From Bacillota bacterium (GTDB taxonomy: Bacteria; Bacillota; Dethiobacteria; DTU022; UBA8154), in contig JAAZMP010000098.1 in the NCBI GenBank assembly GCA_012798755.1, forward strand, positions 89,016-153,015: 64,000 nucleotides of DNA. The letters run 5' to 3'. Below are positions 8,553 through 17,937 of the stretch, in pieces. The first letter of the stretch is position 1. The number at the start of each line of letters is the position of its first letter. A program made the translations under genes and the position numbers. The notes beneath the pieces were generated by a model. It had not been told where the DNA came from, did no database searches, and saw nothing but the letters and a program-made list of their open reading frames with translations.

Positions 8553-10262
8553 TTATTTTACGTTTAAACGTTTTTTTAGAAGTTCTGCGGCATGTTTTTT
8601 GGTAATTTCACTTGCTGTTCCGCCATTTAGCATCCGGGCAATTTCCATGATTCGTTTTTCTCCTTCAAGGTATTTAACATCAGTTATTGTACGCCCTTCT
8701 GATACGTCTTTAAAAATGTAATACTGGTGATCCGCTACGCTGGCCAATTGAGGACTGTGTGTGACACAGATCACCTGGTGCTTTTTACTCAAGTAAGCCA
8801 TCTTTTCTGCAACTTTTAAAATTGTTTTGCCACCAATCCCACTGTCAATTTCATCAAATATTAATGTGGGAACATAATCCTGTTCTGCCAGTATGCTTTT
8901 TAATGACAGCATTACCCGGGCCATTTCGCCGGCAGAGATAATGCGAACCAAAGGTTTTAGTGGTTCACCCGGGTTTGCAGAAAATAAAAATTCTATTTCC
9001 TCGTTTCCGCGACGGGAAGGTGTTTCCTTTTTTATAAAATTAACGTCAAAGCTTGCATTTTCCATGCCTAGCTCTTCCAAATCATTTTTTACCAGTTTGG
9101 CTAATGCCTGGGCTGTTACATGTCTTTTTTCAGTCAAAAGATTAGCACATCGTTCAATGTTTTGCCAGAGTTTTTTCGATTTTTCCTCCAATTTCAGGGC
9201 TTCTTCCTCGCTATTTTCCAAGTATGCAATTTCTTCCTGGCATTTTTCTGCAAAACGGAGAATTTCTTCTACGGTAGTACCATATTTTCTTTTTAGATGA
9301 CGATAGAGCTCCAGTCGATTTTCTATTTCTTTCATTTCCTCGGGGAAATAAGTAAGGTTGTCCATGTAGTCATAAAGTTCATGGCTAAGTTCCGAAAGGT
9401 TTGAACTTACTTCTCCCAAAACAGCGATAAAGGGAGCCAGTTTGTCGTCAATTTTGAGTAAAGAAGACATTTCCTCTTTTACACTGTTTATTTTATCATA
9501 GGCTGAATCCCGGGCAGCTTTTGGACTACTGTATATTTCGCCATAAGCCTTGTTGGCCATGGAAAGAAGTTTTTCCATGTTGTTTAAAAGTAATTGTCTT
9601 TGGAGAAGATCTTTTTCCTCATCCGAACTCAAAGCAGCCCCGGTGATCTCGTCTCTTTGGTAGCGGAGCAGCTCCAACTGTCTGGCTCTTTCTTGAGGAG
9701 ATACACCCAATGATTTCAATTTTTGCCTGATTTTTTCCCATCTGTCAAAAAGCTTCGCAAGGTGTCTTTTTTCTTTGAGTAGTTCTTCATCACCAAATTC
9801 ATCCAGCAAAAAAAGATGCTGCTCCGTTTTCAAAAGAGATTGATGGCTGTACTGACCATGAAGATCAACGAGAACAGATCCTAATTCCTTAAGTGTTCCC
9901 AGGGTAACAATCCTCCCGTTTACACGGCAAATATTACGGCCATTACGGGTAATTTCCCTGGAGATTATCAGTTCATCCTGGAAATCAAGGCCATTTGCCT
10001 CCATAATCGACTGCAACTGCCTGTAGCCCGGCGAAACAGAAAAAACTGCCTCTATAAGCGCTTGTTTTGAACCGGTTCTAACCTGTTCACTAGAAGCTCT
10101 TTCCCCAATAATAAGATTTATAGCTCCGATAAGTATGGATTTACCTGCGCCTGTTTCACCGGTTAAAACATTCATACCGGGAAACAATTCCAAAGATAAA
10201 TCATCAATCAGGGCAAAATTCTGCATATGCAGATAGGACAACAACCAAAAGCACCCCCACAA
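8553..10262 (-). CDS. recN: DNA repair protein RecN
   Basis: N-terminus LSYLHMQNFALIDDL...GETGAGKSIL (Walker A) and an SMC-like coiled coil. The true start is probably the TTG or ATG about 18-36 nt inside the tracked ORF (MLSYLHMQNFALI). Confidence 0.95.
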   Translation of the reverse strand: MWGCFWLLSYLHMQNFALIDDLSLELFPGMNVLTGETGAGKSILIGAINLIIGERASSEQVRTGSKQALIEAVFSVSPGYRQLQSIMEANGLDFQDELIISREITRNGRNICRVNGRIVTLGTLKELGSVLVDLHGQYSHQSLLKTEQHLFLLDEFGDEELLKEKRHLAKLFDRWEKIRQKLKSLGVSPQERARQLELLRYQRDEITGAALSSDEEKDLLQRQLLLNNMEKLLSMANKAYGEIYSSPKAARDSAYDKINSVKEEMSSLLKIDDKLAPFIAVLGEVSSNLSELSHELYDYMDNLTYFPEEMKEIENRLELYRHLKRKYGTTVEEILRFAEKCQEEIAYLENSEEEALKLEEKSKKLWQNIERCANLLTEKRHVTAQALAKLVKNDLEELGMENASFDVNFIKKETPSRRGNEEIEFLFSANPGEPLKPLVRIISAGEMARVMLSLKSILAEQDYVPTLIFDEIDSGIGGKTILKVAEKMAYLSKKHQVICVTHSPQLASVADHQYYIFKDVSEGRTITDVKYLEGEKRIMEIARMLNGGTASEITKKHAAELLKKRLNVK

Positions 10263-10401
10263 AATCGATAAACCTTAATCTTTAAATCAAAAAGACATTG
10301 ATATGGAAAAGAAACCGGGGATAAATCTATGTATTCCATTTCCCTTACCCGAAAAAAGGGTATAAAAATCAAGCCCCTTGTTAACTGCGTCACAATCGTT
10401 T

Positions 10402-11250
10402 TTATATTAATTTATCATGTAACAATTTATAAAAGTTACTTTCAGGAAAAATTATAACTTTGGTCACACACTCGGCTCTTTTTACTTTAATACAATCGTT
10501 ATAGTTTAAGGCAAAGCCTTCCTGGCCATCTAACGTCAGAAAAATGTCGGCTTTTTTTGTAGTTACCATGACCGTAACCATGTCTTCCTCATTAACAACA
10601 ACAGAACGCTGGTAAAGAAGATGGGGACAGATCGGTGTTATCAAAAGAAGGTTCAGATCCGGATTGACAACAGGGCCCCCTGCCGAAAGGGAATAACCGG
10701 TAGAACCCGTGGGGCTGGCAATAATGACGCCATCGCCGGGATAAGTTTCCAAAAAGTCATCATTTATATAGGTATCCAAATTGATAATCCTGGAAAAAGG
10801 ACCCCTGGAGATGATAACATCATTTAAGGAAATTGAGGAGGCGAAATTTTTCCCTTCTCTTAGCACTTCTGTGTAAAGCATCATTCGTTTTCCCAATTTA
10901 TAATCTTTATCGATCAATTTTTGCAGGGAAACAGCCAACTGATCAACTTCGATCTCAGCCAGGAACCCTTTGTGGCCCAAATTAATTCCCAAAATAGGAA
11001 TGTTGGTATAGGCAAGTTCCCGAGATACTCTCAAAAACGTTCCATCACCGCCTAGAACGATAACAAGGTCTACTTTTTGGGGCCATTTTTGTATTTCTTT
11101 TACCGGCGAAGCAAGGTGCAAAAGGGGCTCCTTTTCAGGAGCAACATATATGGGCACATCATAAGCATCGAAAAATGACTTAATTTCTTCGATTACCCCA
11201 TCAATATTTTCTTTTTGCCAGTTGGGAACCACTCCAATTCCTTTGAACAA
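10402..11250 (-). CDS. nadK: NAD(+) kinase
   Basis: GGDGTFLR, NLGHKGFL and TGSTGYSLSAGGP motifs. Confidence 0.9.
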   Translation of the reverse strand: MFKGIGVVPNWQKENIDGVIEEIKSFFDAYDVPIYVAPEKEPLLHLASPVKEIQKWPQKVDLVIVLGGDGTFLRVSRELAYTNIPILGINLGHKGFLAEIEVDQLAVSLQKLIDKDYKLGKRMMLYTEVLREGKNFASSISLNDVIISRGPFSRIINLDTYINDDFLETYPGDGVIIASPTGSTGYSLSAGGPVVNPDLNLLLITPICPHLLYQRSVVVNEEDMVTVMVTTKKADIFLTLDGQEGFALNYNDCIKVKRAECVTKVIIFPESNFYKLLHDKLI

Positions 11251-11261
11251 ATTGATCCCCC

Positions 11262-12080
11262 TTATCTTAGAGATGAATGGGCACGACTGATCACATCTTT
11301 TATAGATATTTTGGACAGTTTACATTTTTCTATTGCGTTTTGCTTAGTTAGATATAAAAAATATTCGATGTTTCCCTGGGGCCCCTTCAAAGGAGAATAA
11401 GTTGATCCTTTGATTGCATAAAACAGGTCTAGGGCAACTTTGGCTACATTGGTTAATACCTTTTCATGCACATTTTTGTCTTTAACCACACCTTTTTTAC
11501 CAACTTGAGCAGGCAAAGCCTCGAACTGTGGCTTTACCAGGCAGACAACCTCGCAGATATCCAAAGAAGCCACAACTGGAAGAACCTTGGAAAGAGAAAT
11601 AAAAGAAACATCTATCGTAGCCAGATGAGGTTGTTCAGGAAAATCTTCCCTTTTGATATAACGAACGTTTGTACGTTCCATAGTTACAACCCGGGCATCA
11701 TTTCGCAGTTCCCAAGCCAGCTGACCGTAGCCTACATCCAAGGCATAAACCTTTGTAGCACCGTGTTCCAGCGCACAATGGGTAAAACCTCCTGTGGAAG
11801 CTCCAATATCAAGCACAATCTTCCCCGTCAGATCAAGGGCAAATTCTTTAATTGCATGTTTTAACTTCAAGCCGCCCCTGCTGACATAAGGATTTTTGAT
11901 CGCTGAAAGTTTAACGTTAACATCCGGAGAAAACATTTCGCCCGGCTTATCTTTCAATACTCCGTTGACATAAACATTCCCGGCCATTATTTCCGTTTTG
12001 GCTCTGCTTCGCGTGGCTATCAGTTTGTTTTTTACCAATAAAACATCAAGACGCTGCTTACTCTTTTTATCACCGTTCAC
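11262..12080 (-). CDS. tlyA: TlyA-family rRNA 2'-O-methyltransferase (hemolysin A homolog) with an S4 domain
   Basis: S4 RNA-binding N-terminus (RLDVLLVKNKLIATRSRAKTEIMAGNVYVNG) plus a FtsJ-like methyltransferase fold (LDIGASTGGFT). The dxs-tlyA synteny is conserved. Confidence 0.9.
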   Translation of the reverse strand: MNGDKKSKQRLDVLLVKNKLIATRSRAKTEIMAGNVYVNGVLKDKPGEMFSPDVNVKLSAIKNPYVSRGGLKLKHAIKEFALDLTGKIVLDIGASTGGFTHCALEHGATKVYALDVGYGQLAWELRNDARVVTMERTNVRYIKREDFPEQPHLATIDVSFISLSKVLPVVASLDICEVVCLVKPQFEALPAQVGKKGVVKDKNVHEKVLTNVAKVALDLFYAIKGSTYSPLKGPQGNIEYFLYLTKQNAIEKCKLSKISIKDVISRAHSSLR

Positions 12081-13974
12081 TTACATGCACCTTTTCTTTG
12101 GCTTGGCAAATTTTCAACGCTTCTTGTGCAATTCCTTCTCCAGAAAGGTTGTACAAATGTAATATCTCCTCCCTGCTACCCAAACCGGTAAAAGGTCCGG
12201 GAAACCCAAGACGTTTAAATTGCACGTTTTTTAATTCGCCTTCTTCTTCAAGCATTTCCAGAACTGCGCTGCCCAAACCCCCGCACAAAACGTGATCTTC
12301 CACGGTTAGTACCTTCTGACACTTTTTGATCCAATGACAGAGCATTTTTCTATCCAGTGGCTTAATAAAACGTGGATTAATTACACAGCTTCTGATGCCT
12401 TTTTTTAAAAGCAACCCATGTGCCTGAAGAGCCGGCTGAACCATGGAACCTGCTGCCAAAATCAAAAGATCGTTGCCTTCACGCATAAGTTCTCCCTTGC
12501 CTATGGCAAGTTCATAGGCTTTTTCCGGCAGAGAATCCTCGGTTTTTCCCCGGGGGTACCTGATAGCTACAGGGCCATTTTGAGCCAAAGCCGTTTTTAA
12601 CGCTGAAGCAAGCTCTTGCCCGTTACGTGGCGCCATAAGGATTATCTTCGGCAAATGGCGTAAATAAGCAAAATCAAAAAGTCCATTGTGTGTTTCACCG
12701 TCTTCCCCCACTGCACCCGCTCTGTCTATGGAAAACACCACAGGTAAGCCTTGTAAACAGACATCATGCAAAATCTGATCATAGGCTCTTTGTAAAAACG
12801 TGCTATAGATTGCAACAACAGGTTTAAATCCCTCCGTAGCAAAACCGGCAGCCATGGTTACGGCATGTTGTTCAGCAATTCCTACATCAAAAAAGCGTTC
12901 GGGCCATCTTCTAGCAAAACCCTCCAGGCCTGTTCCCCCAGCCATTGCTGCTGTAATAGCCACAATAGACTCGTCTTTTTGGGCCAGGTTTTCAACTGCA
13001 GTGCCAAATACCTCGCTGTAACTGGGGTTTTTGTTGTTTGAAGAAAGCAGTTTACCTGTGTCTTTGTTAAAAGGTCCCACACCGTGAAAAAGCTGGGGTT
13101 CCTTTTCGGCGTACTTATAGCCTTTACCTTTTTTAGTAACAACATGAATCAATACGGGGCCTTTGACACCCTTAGCCTCGCGAAACAGTTCTGTCATCTT
13201 GGGGATAGAATGGCCATCAATCGGCCCTAAATAGGTAAAACCCAGCTCCTCAAAAAGCATCCCCGGAACAAGAAGGTATTTTACACTGCCCTTTAGGCGT
13301 TCTGCCGAGCGCAACATGGCTCGACCGATAGTAGGTATTTTTTCTAAAACTTGTTCCAGATCTTCTTTTAAACGAAAATATTTAGGATCGGTACGTAGTT
13401 TTGCCAGATAAGAAGTCAGTCCTCCCACGTTTTGATCGATGGACATTTCATTGTCGTTTAAAACAACAATTAAATTCGTTTTAATTTCACCAGCATTGTT
13501 AAGGGCCTCAAAAGCCATGCCAGCTGTCATAGCACCATCCCCAATAACGTTAACCACAGAAAAATCATCTTTTCGCAAGTCCCGGGCCAAGGCAATACCA
13601 AGGGACGCTGAAAGGGAAGTACTGCTATGCCCCACGCTAAAAACATCATACATGCTTTCAGTTCTTTTAGGGAAACCGCTGATCCCTTTATAAGAACGAA
13701 TTTTTTCAAACTGTTCCCTACGCCCGGTTAGGATTTTGTGGGCATAGCATTGATGGCCAACATCCCAAACAATCTTATCGTGTGGAGCATCAAAAACAAA
13801 ATGGAGAGCCAAAGTAAGTTCCACGACACCTAAACTGGAAGCAAGATGGCCCCCTCTTTTAGAGATTATTTCGATAATATAATTTCTAATTTCACCGGCA
13901 AGTAATTCCAAGTCTTTAATTTTCAACTGTTTTAAATCTGCCGGGCTGCTGATTGTTTTCAGTAAAGTACCCAA
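12070..13974 (-). CDS. dxs: 1-deoxy-D-xylulose-5-phosphate synthase
   Basis: 634 aa with a TPP-binding GDGAMTAGMAFEALN motif and transketolase-like domains. Confidence 0.97.
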   Translation of the reverse strand: MGTLLKTISSPADLKQLKIKDLELLAGEIRNYIIEIISKRGGHLASSLGVVELTLALHFVFDAPHDKIVWDVGHQCYAHKILTGRREQFEKIRSYKGISGFPKRTESMYDVFSVGHSSTSLSASLGIALARDLRKDDFSVVNVIGDGAMTAGMAFEALNNAGEIKTNLIVVLNDNEMSIDQNVGGLTSYLAKLRTDPKYFRLKEDLEQVLEKIPTIGRAMLRSAERLKGSVKYLLVPGMLFEELGFTYLGPIDGHSIPKMTELFREAKGVKGPVLIHVVTKKGKGYKYAEKEPQLFHGVGPFNKDTGKLLSSNNKNPSYSEVFGTAVENLAQKDESIVAITAAMAGGTGLEGFARRWPERFFDVGIAEQHAVTMAAGFATEGFKPVVAIYSTFLQRAYDQILHDVCLQGLPVVFSIDRAGAVGEDGETHNGLFDFAYLRHLPKIILMAPRNGQELASALKTALAQNGPVAIRYPRGKTEDSLPEKAYELAIGKGELMREGNDLLILAAGSMVQPALQAHGLLLKKGIRSCVINPRFIKPLDRKMLCHWIKKCQKVLTVEDHVLCGGLGSAVLEMLEEEGELKNVQFKRLGFPGPFTGLGSREEILHLYNLSGEGIAQEALKICQAKEKVHVSER

Positions 13975-14058
13975 GGATTATCACTCTCCAGGTGGTTCCA
14001 GCCTGTCCATGCCAAATACTGATAAACCATAAATTAGGATAAAACCAAATAGTTAAAG

Positions 14059-14634
14059 TTAACCGCGGTTTTTTTTCCAAAAGCAAATCTTTTCCAAAGT
14101 GGCCAAAAGGCGCGCTACGAAAAAAACCACATCCGTAGGCTTGTTGATCGCCAGGGATTTTCCTGCAGCTTTGCCTCCCACCGTTACAGCTGAAATAGTT
14201 CCGGCTGCCAGGATGGTAAAATATATTTCATTTATCCCGGGTGATCTTAAAGACAAATTGATAATAATTACCGTCATTATTACTCCGCTGACTATACCAC
14301 TTATATCACCGATCACATCATTGCAAAAGCTGGCGACTTGATCTGCGTGCCTAACTAAATAGATGCCTGTCTTGGCGCCGTAGATTTTCTTGGAAGCTTT
14401 AGCATGGAAAGGTTTTTCTTCCGCGGCTGTTACTGCTGTACCAATCAAGTCAAAGATGATACCAATCAATATAATAAGAATTAAAAGGATGACTGATATA
14501 ATTACTGAGCGTAAATTGTACAATAATAAACGCGACATCCAAGTGAAAACAACAGCCAAAAAAAAAGTCCAAAGGCTGATAAAAATCGTCCATGATGTTT
14601 TTCGGTTTCTTTTGGCCTGTTTATTATGCTTCAA
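14059..14634 (-). CDS. oapA: OLE-associated protein A (OapA)-like small polytopic membrane protein
   Basis: 191 aa with about 4 TM helices. It uses a TTG start preceded by AAGAGGTG, and sits immediately downstream of the structured noncoding RNA and upstream of dxs, exactly the ole-oapA-dxs arrangement known from Bacillus halodurans. Confidence 0.65.
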   Translation of the reverse strand: MKHNKQAKRNRKTSWTIFISLWTFFLAVVFTWMSRLLLYNLRSVIISVILLILIILIGIIFDLIGTAVTAAEEKPFHAKASKKIYGAKTGIYLVRHADQVASFCNDVIGDISGIVSGVIMTVIIINLSLRSPGINEIYFTILAAGTISAVTVGGKAAGKSLAINKPTDVVFFVARLLATLEKICFWKKNRG

Positions 14635-14659
14635 GCTTTAGACACCTCTTGAAGAACAA

Positions 14660-15234
14660 AAAAGACATAGGTGGTAACTCCATGAGTAAACTTTGCGGCT
14701 TAAGGTCCAGCAGGATTTCCCAAATATCCACCTATCTGTCGCCAGGCAGGCAGTTTCCTTTTAAGGATATTTCTGCCGTGTTGCCACCGGCAAGGCTGGA
14801 TTACCACTCAGACCACACTTTAATCCCCACAGAGTCTCCCTTCGGTGGGAACAGCCTAGGAGTTTTCCCCTATGACACAATATCGCTTCCTATCCTCTTT
14901 TGCAGTGCTGGTTTCCTATAGGCCTAAGCCTTTCTCCCCCAGAACCACTCAAGGCAGGCTACACTGTGCACAGATTTGGCCGCACACAGGTTCCTTTCCT
15001 AAGCCGTAACCTTTTGCCATTAAGCAATGCGTCACCAACTTAGGTCTCCACGAAGGCAGGGTCAACGCCTACATGCCTTTGTAGATCGCCCCATCCCTCT
15101 TAACTCCCAGCACCAACCCCCGACTGGGCTTCGGCAGCCAGCACCAGGAACTTCATCGATGTGCCTTTAACGGATTTTTAGCCCCGTTTTCAAAAGCGCT
15201 TGTGCCAACTAGGATACTGCACCACCTACGTCCC
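14660..15234 (-). ncRNA. ole: OLE (ornate, large, extremophilic) RNA candidate, about 570 nt
   Basis: A 670-nt gap between ispA and the small membrane gene has no ORF of 60 aa or more on the minus strand. It is markedly GC-rich relative to the genome and full of short GC stems and tetraloop hairpins (for example GCCGAAGC and UCCCACCGAAGGGAG on the RNA strand), and repeats GGUGCUGG. It has its own near-consensus promoter (see next feature). The synteny ispA-ole-oapA-dxs-tlyA is diagnostic. Confidence 0.7.
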
Positions 15235-15240
15235 GCATAA

Positions 15241-15269
15241 ATTATAGCATATTCCGATTTTTAACTCAA
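15241..15269 (-). promoter_or_regulatory. Sigma-A promoter of the OLE-like RNA (TTGAGT-17-TGcTATAAT)
   Basis: Minus strand reads TTGAGTtaaaaatcggaataTGcTATAATttatGCGGG: -35 at 15264..15269, extended -10 at 15241..15246. The predicted TSS is near 15234, 70 nt after the ispA stop. Confidence 0.6.
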
Positions 15270-15305
15270 TATCTGAAAGGCAAGGCATCTTTATTCCACG
15301 TGCAC

Positions 15306-16223
15306 CTAAAAATCTCTGTAAAAAATAAAACCGGTGAATTCTTTTAGACGAGAACCCCTTTCCCCAAAACCTTCTAACTTTTTTATGGCCTCGCTATAAA
15401 GCCGATCCCTGGCCTTCTTTGTTTCAGCAATACCATAAAGTGAGACAAAGGTGGCCTTATTCCTCTTAGCATCCGCACCCGTAGCCTTGCCCATTTTTTC
15501 CTCATCGCCCTCCACATCCAAAAGATCATCAACGATTTGAAATGCTTGGCCCAACAGATGGCCGTAAGCAGTGATCGTTTCCAGTTCTTGCACAGTTGTT
15601 GCAGCAATTAATGCGCCGGCGCGAACCGAAGCAACGATCAATGCTCCTGTTTTATGTGTATCAATATATTTTAGCGTTTCCTTACTGATGCATTTTCCTT
15701 CGGTATTAAGATCGGCTGTCTGGCCACCTACCATACCTTTTACACCGGCGGATCCGGCAATTTCAAAAATGACGTTGAGTTTCGTTTGGCAATCCACTTC
15801 CTGCCAGTAAGAATTGTCAAAACTACTGTACTTGTTGTTCTGATCTGTTAAAAGTTCAAAAGCCATGGTCAAAAGTGCATCGCCTGCCAATATAGCAATC
15901 CCTTCACCGAATACTTTATGAGAAGATAGACGACCCCTCCGATAGTCATCGTCATCCATAGCCGGCAAATCATCATGGATAAGAGAATATGTGTGGATTA
16001 ATTCCAAAGCACAAGCTGCCGGTAAAGCTTTTTTCCAATCAGAAGTAAAGATTTCTGCCGTCAACAAGGCCAAAAGAGGACGTATTCGCTTACCTCCGGC
16101 AAATACGCTGTAACGCATCGCGCTGTGAATATTCTGTGGGTATTTTTCTTTGGCAGGCAGGTAGTGATTTAGGGCACGATCTATAAGAGCCCTTTTTTCA
16201 GACAACGCCTCATTGATGTTCAT
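15306..16223 (-). CDS. ispA: Farnesyl diphosphate synthase (geranyltranstransferase)
   Basis: Both aspartate-rich motifs of trans-prenyltransferases (LIHDDLPAMDDDDYRRG and the second DDxxD, VDDLLD). xseA-xseB-ispA synteny. Confidence 0.95.
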   Translation of the reverse strand: MNINEALSEKRALIDRALNHYLPAKEKYPQNIHSAMRYSVFAGGKRIRPLLALLTAEIFTSDWKKALPAACALELIHTYSLIHDDLPAMDDDDYRRGRLSSHKVFGEGIAILAGDALLTMAFELLTDQNNKYSSFDNSYWQEVDCQTKLNVIFEIAGSAGVKGMVGGQTADLNTEGKCISKETLKYIDTHKTGALIVASVRAGALIAATTVQELETITAYGHLLGQAFQIVDDLLDVEGDEEKMGKATGADAKRNKATFVSLYGIAETKKARDRLYSEAIKKLEGFGERGSRLKEFTGFIFYRDF

Positions 16224-16251
16224 ACGACCCTCCTGTAGGTCTTAGTAGAAG

Positions 16252-16488
16252 TTAGGCCTCCCCCATTTCCTTAAGTTCAAGATATTTCCCGTCTTCTAGA
16301 ATCATTTCCACCTTGTGCTCCGCCTCTGTCAACAATTTGCGGCAGTGGTGTGTAAGCTTCATACCCTCTTCAAAGTGGTGTAATGACTCCTCCAGCGAAG
16401 GTTCTTCCTTTTCCATTTTTTCGATTATCATTGTCAATTTTTTTAATGCCTCTTCGAAAGGCAACTTAGAAATATCTTTTTCAGACAT
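16252..16488 (-). CDS. xseB: Exodeoxyribonuclease VII small subunit
   Basis: 78 aa, coiled-coil, directly downstream of xseA. Confidence 0.85.
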   Translation of the reverse strand: MSEKDISKLPFEEALKKLTMIIEKMEKEEPSLEESLHHFEEGMKLTHHCRKLLTEAEHKVEMILEDGKYLELKEMGEA

Positions 16489-16490
16489 AT

Positions 16491-17729
16491 TTAAATCCTC
16501 TTTTCGTCGGCCGTCAAGTGTTTCTTTTTGATTTTCTTAACCCGGCAAGCTGCTTCACCATCATGAAAAATTACGTTGATTTCCTGTTCTTCTTTTAGAC
16601 AATTAGCGCTGCCGATGATCCCGTCTTTTTCATCGGTAACAAAAGCATATCCCCTGCTCATAATTTTTAAAGGGCTTAAAACCTGTAATTTTTCCTCGAT
16701 GTTACCAAGAAGGCTTTCTTTTAATTTTAAGTTATAACTAAAATTACGGCTTAACCGTTGCCAAATTTCATCGATCTGTTGATACCCCTGGTTAATTTTG
16801 TCCCGGGGATGGTAGATAGAAAGGGAACGCGAAAAATTATCCAAAACAAGTTTCTTTTGTTGCAACCTGGTTTTCAAAAAATTTTTGAGGCGCCGTTCTT
16901 GTACTTTCAGATATCGCAGCAATTCATCCCTTTCTGGCGTGATCATTTCTGCCGCAGCAGTGGGTGTGGAAGCCCTTCGATCAGCAACAAAATCCGCAAT
17001 GGTAAAATCCGTTTCATGACCTACCGCACTAACGACAGGGGTTTCCATTTCAAAGATAGCCCTGGCTAGATTTTCATCGTTAAAAGGCCATAGCTCTTCC
17101 AGGGAACCTCCTCCTCTGGTAATTACCACAACATCAACAGATTTCAACCTGTCCATCTTTTTAAGGGCATCGGTAATCTGCACAGATGCTTCCTTGCCTT
17201 GCACTGCTACAGGGCAAATGAGTACGTGGACATTTGGGAATCTTCTTTCTATGGCCGTTATAAAGTCTTTTATGGCTGCCCCGGATGGAGAGGTGATCAA
17301 CCCAATACACCGGGGAATTGCAGGCAAGGTTTTTTTGTGTTCAACAGCAAAAAGACCTTGGGATTTTAGCTTTTCTTTTAATTGTTCAAAAGCATAATAA
17401 AGATCTCCTACGCCTTCCGGTTTTATTTCCTTTACATAAAGCTGGTAGTTCCCGCTGCGTTCATAAAGCGATATATTCCCCCTAGCTACTACGCTCATTC
17501 CCTCAGCAGGGACAAATTTGGACTCTCTGTTTCTGCTAAGGAAGAAAACGCAACGTATTATACTGCCTTCGTCTTTCAAGGTAAAATACATATGGCCGGA
17601 AGGTTTGTGCAACTTAAAGTTAGATATCTCGCCCAGCACAAAGATATCCTGAAGAACACTATCCTTTAACAACAGATTTTTTAAATAATGATTGGCTTGA
17701 GATACGGTATAGATACTAAAATTTTTCAT
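16491..17729 (-). CDS. xseA: Exodeoxyribonuclease VII large subunit
   Basis: 412 aa with an OB-fold N-terminus and the ExoVII large-subunit catalytic region. Confidence 0.9.
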   Translation of the reverse strand: MKNFSIYTVSQANHYLKNLLLKDSVLQDIFVLGEISNFKLHKPSGHMYFTLKDEGSIIRCVFFLSRNRESKFVPAEGMSVVARGNISLYERSGNYQLYVKEIKPEGVGDLYYAFEQLKEKLKSQGLFAVEHKKTLPAIPRCIGLITSPSGAAIKDFITAIERRFPNVHVLICPVAVQGKEASVQITDALKKMDRLKSVDVVVITRGGGSLEELWPFNDENLARAIFEMETPVVSAVGHETDFTIADFVADRRASTPTAAAEMITPERDELLRYLKVQERRLKNFLKTRLQQKKLVLDNFSRSLSIYHPRDKINQGYQQIDEIWQRLSRNFSYNLKLKESLLGNIEEKLQVLSPLKIMSRGYAFVTDEKDGIIGSANCLKEEQEINVIFHDGEAACRVKKIKKKHLTADEKRI

Positions 17730-17937
17730 ATTAAAAACATCTTCTTCGTCGGCAGCCTATTTTTAAAAACAAAATGTTAACCCCTTACGAGAATATTCCA
17801 GGGGACATTCCTTCCCGCCTAAAAAAGTTAGGTTTGTCCCCTGTATCAATTTAAAAAAACTATACTCACTTAATAACCAAGCTTGAACAAGCCTGTTTCA
17901 AAATAGGCAAGCTTAGCAGCTATGTGCCGCGGTATTT

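Noticed and set aside
8893-9300. Many antisense or + strand ORFs of 60-200 aa (for example 8893..9300, 19042..19476, 37835..38365, 53693..54304, 62569..63207)
   Set aside because: All are embedded antisense within well-conserved minus-strand genes (recN, nfnB, plsX, icd, ribD). They are Ser/Pro/low-complexity rich with no RBS, so they are spurious.
10208-10393. 61-aa minus-strand ORF overlapping the recN 5' end
   Set aside because: It overlaps the recN N-terminal coding region out of frame. It is Cys/Phe-rich nonsense and not a gene.
10263-10401. Looked for argR (ahrC) between nadK and recN, as in Bacillus/Clostridium synteny
   Set aside because: Only about 140 nt of intergenic DNA with no ORF. 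argR is simply absent at this position.
14592-14921. 109-aa + strand ORF (MMFFGFFWPVYY...)
   Set aside because: It lies entirely within the GC-rich structured RNA (OLE-like) region, on the opposite strand. It has a low-complexity, non-protein-like composition and no RBS. It is an artefact of the ORF finder.
14640-15300. Considered RNase P RNA, tmRNA, SRP RNA, 6S RNA or a group II intron remnant for the GC-rich noncoding block
   Set aside because: Hallmark sequences were not found on either strand: GGAAAGUCCGGGCUCC or GAGGAAAGUCCAUGCUC for RNase P, the tmRNA tRNA-like 3' end ...GGUUCGAAUCC...CCACCA, the SRP domain IV motif, and intron domain V. The size (~570 nt), the promoter and the ispA/oapA/dxs context fit OLE instead.
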